A stretch of 64,000 bases of DNA. It comes from an uncultured Acidobacteriota bacterium (GTDB lineage Bacteria > Acidobacteriota > UBA6911). Below, in pieces: positions 61,125-64,000 of this stretch; the stretch's first letter is position 1, and each line of letters begins with the position of its first letter. The position numbers were made by a program, and so were the translations under genes. The stretch lies in the NCBI GenBank assembly GCA_963843575.1, contig CAWJKZ010000010.1:512001-576000 (forward strand). Reading direction: 5' to 3'. The notes under the pieces are model-generated. The model made no database searches, was not told where the DNA came from, and saw only the letters and a program-made list of their open reading frames with translations.

Positions 61125-62435
61125 TCACTTCGACCTCGGCGGGGCCTCCTGCGCTGGCCTGGCCTGCACGACCGCGCCTTCCCGGACGTCGTCGCTCGGG
61201 TTGATCACGATCGACTCGCCTCCGGTCAGGCCCGAGGTCACCTCGATGTCGTCGCCGTAGTCCCGCCCGAGCGTGACCTTCTGGAAGTGCACGGTGCCGT
61301 TTTGCAGGACGACCGCGACCTGCGGCCCGTCGGATCGCACCACGAGGGTCTCCCCCGGGATGGTCACCCCCGGCGCCGTCTTCGCCTTCGAGAGGGTAAC
61401 GTGCGCGTACATCCCCGGCATGAGGACGTTGCCGGTGTTCGGGACGTGGATTTCGGTCAAAAGGGTCCGGGTTGCCGGGTCCAGGGCGTTCGCCGTTCGG
61501 GCGATCCTGCCCTCGAAGCGGCTTTGCCGGAGCGCGTCGACCGTCACGGCCGCAGCGTCCCCGATCGCGATGGCAGGGATATGGATTTGCGGCACGTTGA
61601 TCAGGATGCGCAGCCTGTCGGTCTGAGCGAGCCGGTACAGCTCGCGCCCCTCGCTCGCGCCGCCGCGGATCAGGGCCCCCACTTCGGTGTTGCGCGCCGT
61701 GATGACCCCGCCGAACGGCGCCCGGATCTCCTGGAACCCCTTCAGATCCCTCAGACGCTGCAGGTCGGCTCGGCTGGCCGCGACGACGTTTTCCGCGGCG
61801 GCCACGTTTGCGCGCGCGGCGGCGTTGTCGGCCCGGCGTGCCTCGTAGGCCGCCTGTTTCTCGTCGACTTCCTGGCGCGACACGACGCGCTTGCCGAACA
61901 AGGTCGTCCAGCGCTGGGCCGTCACCTCGGCCAGCTTCAGCTGGGTGTCGGACTGCTCGAGCGCGGCCTTGGACTGCTCGAGGGCCGACTCGGTGCGCGC
62001 CATGCTCGCCTGCGCCTGCTGCACCTGGCTGTCTACCTCCGGCGCCTCGATCACCGCCAGCAGCTGCCCCTCGCGGACGCGGTCGCCGATGTCGACGAGG
62101 CGCCGGCGCACGTAACCTTCCGAGCGCGCAAAAATCGGGGTTTCGTAAATCGCCTGCATGCTCCCCGGCAACAGCAGGTCCCCCCGGGCCGGCTGGGCGG
62201 TCGCCCGGGCAACCAGGACCGTCGGCAAGCCCTGCGCCCGTTCGGAGGCCTCCATCACCTCGCGCTCCCGCGCCCACCGCGGTCGCAGCGCCGTCGCGAT
62301 CAGGACCGCGAACAAGGTGACCAGCACCGCCGCGGTGACGAGGGGTTTGACGCGCGAAAACTTCTTCCGCGGCGGCACCGCGGGGGAACCATCCCGGCTC
62401 CCCGGTCGCGTTTGTGGCATCGGCTCAGTTTGCAT
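61125..62435 (-). CDS. RND efflux periplasmic adaptor subunit
   Basis: IFARSEGYV..LVDIGDRV, IRAPFGGVITARN, LDPATRTLL and LMPGMY. Confidence 0.93.
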   Translation of the reverse strand: MQTEPMPQTRPGSRDGSPAVPPRKKFSRVKPLVTAAVLVTLFAVLIATALRPRWAREREVMEASERAQGLPTVLVARATAQPARGDLLLPGSMQAIYETPIFARSEGYVRRRLVDIGDRVREGQLLAVIEAPEVDSQVQQAQASMARTESALEQSKAALEQSDTQLKLAEVTAQRWTTLFGKRVVSRQEVDEKQAAYEARRADNAAARANVAAAENVVAASRADLQRLRDLKGFQEIRAPFGGVITARNTEVGALIRGGASEGRELYRLAQTDRLRILINVPQIHIPAIAIGDAAAVTVDALRQSRFEGRIARTANALDPATRTLLTEIHVPNTGNVLMPGMYAHVTLSKAKTAPGVTIPGETLVVRSDGPQVAVVLQNGTVHFQKVTLGRDYGDDIEVTSGLTGGESIVINPSDDVREGAVVQARPAQEAPPRSK

Positions 62436-64000
62436 AGTGGGTCCCGCCGTCAGGCTTGCCGCCGTGCGCTGCCGTCAGTTCGGCATCGAAGTCCTTCGGC
62501 GGAGTCTTTCGGAGATAACTGTAGATCACAGGCACGAAGAAGAGGGTCGTCGCCGTCGCCAGCGCAAGACCCCCGATCACCGCTCGGGCGAGCGGCGCGT
62601 TCTGCTCTCCGCCTTCCCCCACCCCGAGCGCCATCGGGACCATCCCGATGATCATGGCCAACGCCGTCATCAGGACCGGCCGCATCCTGGTCACGCCCGC
62701 GGAAAGCGCCCCTTCCAGCGCGTTGCAGCCCAGGGCCCTCTGGTCGTTTGCGAACGTGACCACCAGGATGCTGTTGGCCGTGGCCACCCCGATCGTCATC
62801 AGGGTGCCCATCAGCGACGGCACACTCAGGGTGGTTTGGGTCACGAATAGGATCCAAAGGATACCCGAGAGCGCGCCGGGGAGCGCGGTCATGATGATGA
62901 AGGGGTCGAGCCACGACTGAAAGTTCACGACCATGAGCAGGTAGACGAGCGCGACCGCAAAGATCAGGCCGAGACCGAGGCCCGCAAAGGACGACTCCAT
63001 GGTCTCGACCTGCCCGCGCATCTCGAGGAACACCCCCTTCGGCAGGCCGGGCTCGACCTCATGCAGGATTGCACGGATCGCGCCGGCGACCGAGCCGAGG
63101 TCCCGCCCCTCGACGTTGGCGAACACGTCAAACACGGGCTGGACGTTGTAGTGATTGACCACCGCCATGGAGGTGCCGCGCTCGAACGACGCGAGATTGC
63201 TCAGCATCTGGGGCGTCCTGGAGGTCGGGGACACGACGGGGGTTCGGGCCAGCGCATCGAAGGAGTCGATCCGGTACTGGGGTGTCTGGACGAGTACGCT
63301 GTAGCTGACCCCGTTGACGGGATTGAGCCAGAAGTTGGGCGCCACCTGCCCGCTCGAGCTGAGCGAGATCAGCATGCTGCTGGCCACGTCGCGCTGCGTC
63401 AGGCCGATCTGAGCCGCACGCGCCCGGTCGACCTCGACCCGCAGCTCCGGGTAATTCATCACCTGGTGCAGGTGAACGTCAACCGCCCCCGGAACCCTCA
63501 CGATACGCCGCTCCAGCTCACGGGCTACCGCGTAGGCGGAAGGCTTGTCCCGCCCGACCACCTGCACGTCGATGGGTGCCGGGAGCCCGAAATTCAGGAT
63601 CTGGTTGGTGATGTTGGCCGGCTGGTAGAAGAAGATCAGGTCCGGGAACTCGCGCGTGAGTTCCTGGCGGAGCAGCTTCTTGTACTCCTCCGTCGACCTG
63701 CGCCTTCCGGGGGTCAGGGCGATCATGATCTCGCCGTCCGCGGCTCCAAGCGAAGACGAGTCGCTGTAGGCCAGGTTCAGCCCTCCGACCGGAAGCCCGA
63801 TGTTGTCCAGGATTGTCCGGAGCTCCTCGGGCGGGATCAACCGCCGGATCACGGCCTCCACGTTGCTGAAGATGCGCTCCGTCTGCTCGATTCTCGTGCC
63901 GGCCGGCGCCCGCACGTGCAGTCTCATCTGCCCAGAGTCGACCGTGGGGAAGAAATCCTGGCCGACAAACTGGAACAGGACCAGGGAACCCGCGAAAAAC
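62425..64000 (-). CDS. RND efflux permease (AcrB/AcrD/AcrF family), C-terminal part; runs off the window edge
   Basis: DFFPTVDSGQMRLHVRAP, NFQSWLDPFII, RMRPVLMTALAMIIGMVPMA and APLARAVIGG. Confidence 0.93.
   Translation of the reverse strand, partial: FFAGSLVLFQFVGQDFFPTVDSGQMRLHVRAPAGTRIEQTERIFSNVEAVIRRLIPPEELRTILDNIGLPVGGLNLAYSDSSSLGAADGEIMIALTPGRRRSTEEYKKLLRQELTREFPDLIFFYQPANITNQILNFGLPAPIDVQVVGRDKPSAYAVARELERRIVRVPGAVDVHLHQVMNYPELRVEVDRARAAQIGLTQRDVASSMLISLSSSGQVAPNFWLNPVNGVSYSVLVQTPQYRIDSFDALARTPVVSPTSRTPQMLSNLASFERGTSMAVVNHYNVQPVFDVFANVEGRDLGSVAGAIRAILHEVEPGLPKGVFLEMRGQVETMESSFAGLGLGLIFAVALVYLLMVVNFQSWLDPFIIMTALPGALSGILWILFVTQTTLSVPSLMGTLMTIGVATANSILVVTFANDQRALGCNALEGALSAGVTRMRPVLMTALAMIIGMVPMALGVGEGGEQNAPLARAVIGGLALATATTLFFVPVIYSYLRKTPPKDFDAELTAAHGGKPDGGTHYAN

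Overview
High-GC bacterial chromosomal window, most likely Acidobacteriota (inferred from the gene families: DUF1844-ribF next to mazG, an Oar-like TonB receptor, orphan MacB-type permeases, a PQQ-like propeller). It is mostly core genes: gltX, glnS, pdxJ, rsmI, gatA/gatC, ribF, mazG, an RNase E/G, a diguanylate cyclase heading mreB-mreC-mreD-mrdA-rodA, a PpiD-like chaperone, a YitJ-type methyltransferase, hemA, rnhB and gltB/gltD. Envelope, secreted and efflux genes follow. I found no tRNA, rRNA, CRISPR array or intact transposase. The most interesting signals are non-coding: (1) a 3'-terminal group II intron remnant (maturase tail, D5, D6) whose 3' exon matches an empty copy of the same repeat about 2 kb away; (2) a mosaic of at least three dispersed repeat families, including 13 GGAGTGCGG-type palindromic loci and a 97-bp element duplicated at 96/97 identity; (3) a roughly 610-nt structured leader in front of the RNase E/G gene; (4) a 182-nt branched hairpin and a roughly 107-nt three-way-junction leader before a small ORF; (5) several apparently leaderless genes. 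Coding oddities are a YitJ whose MTHFR half appears to have lost catalytic residues, a PAS-DHp protein with no kinase domain, and the cyclase-mre operon coupling. Twelve single-base insertions in seven genes, all +1, look like long-read sequencing errors rather than true pseudogenes.
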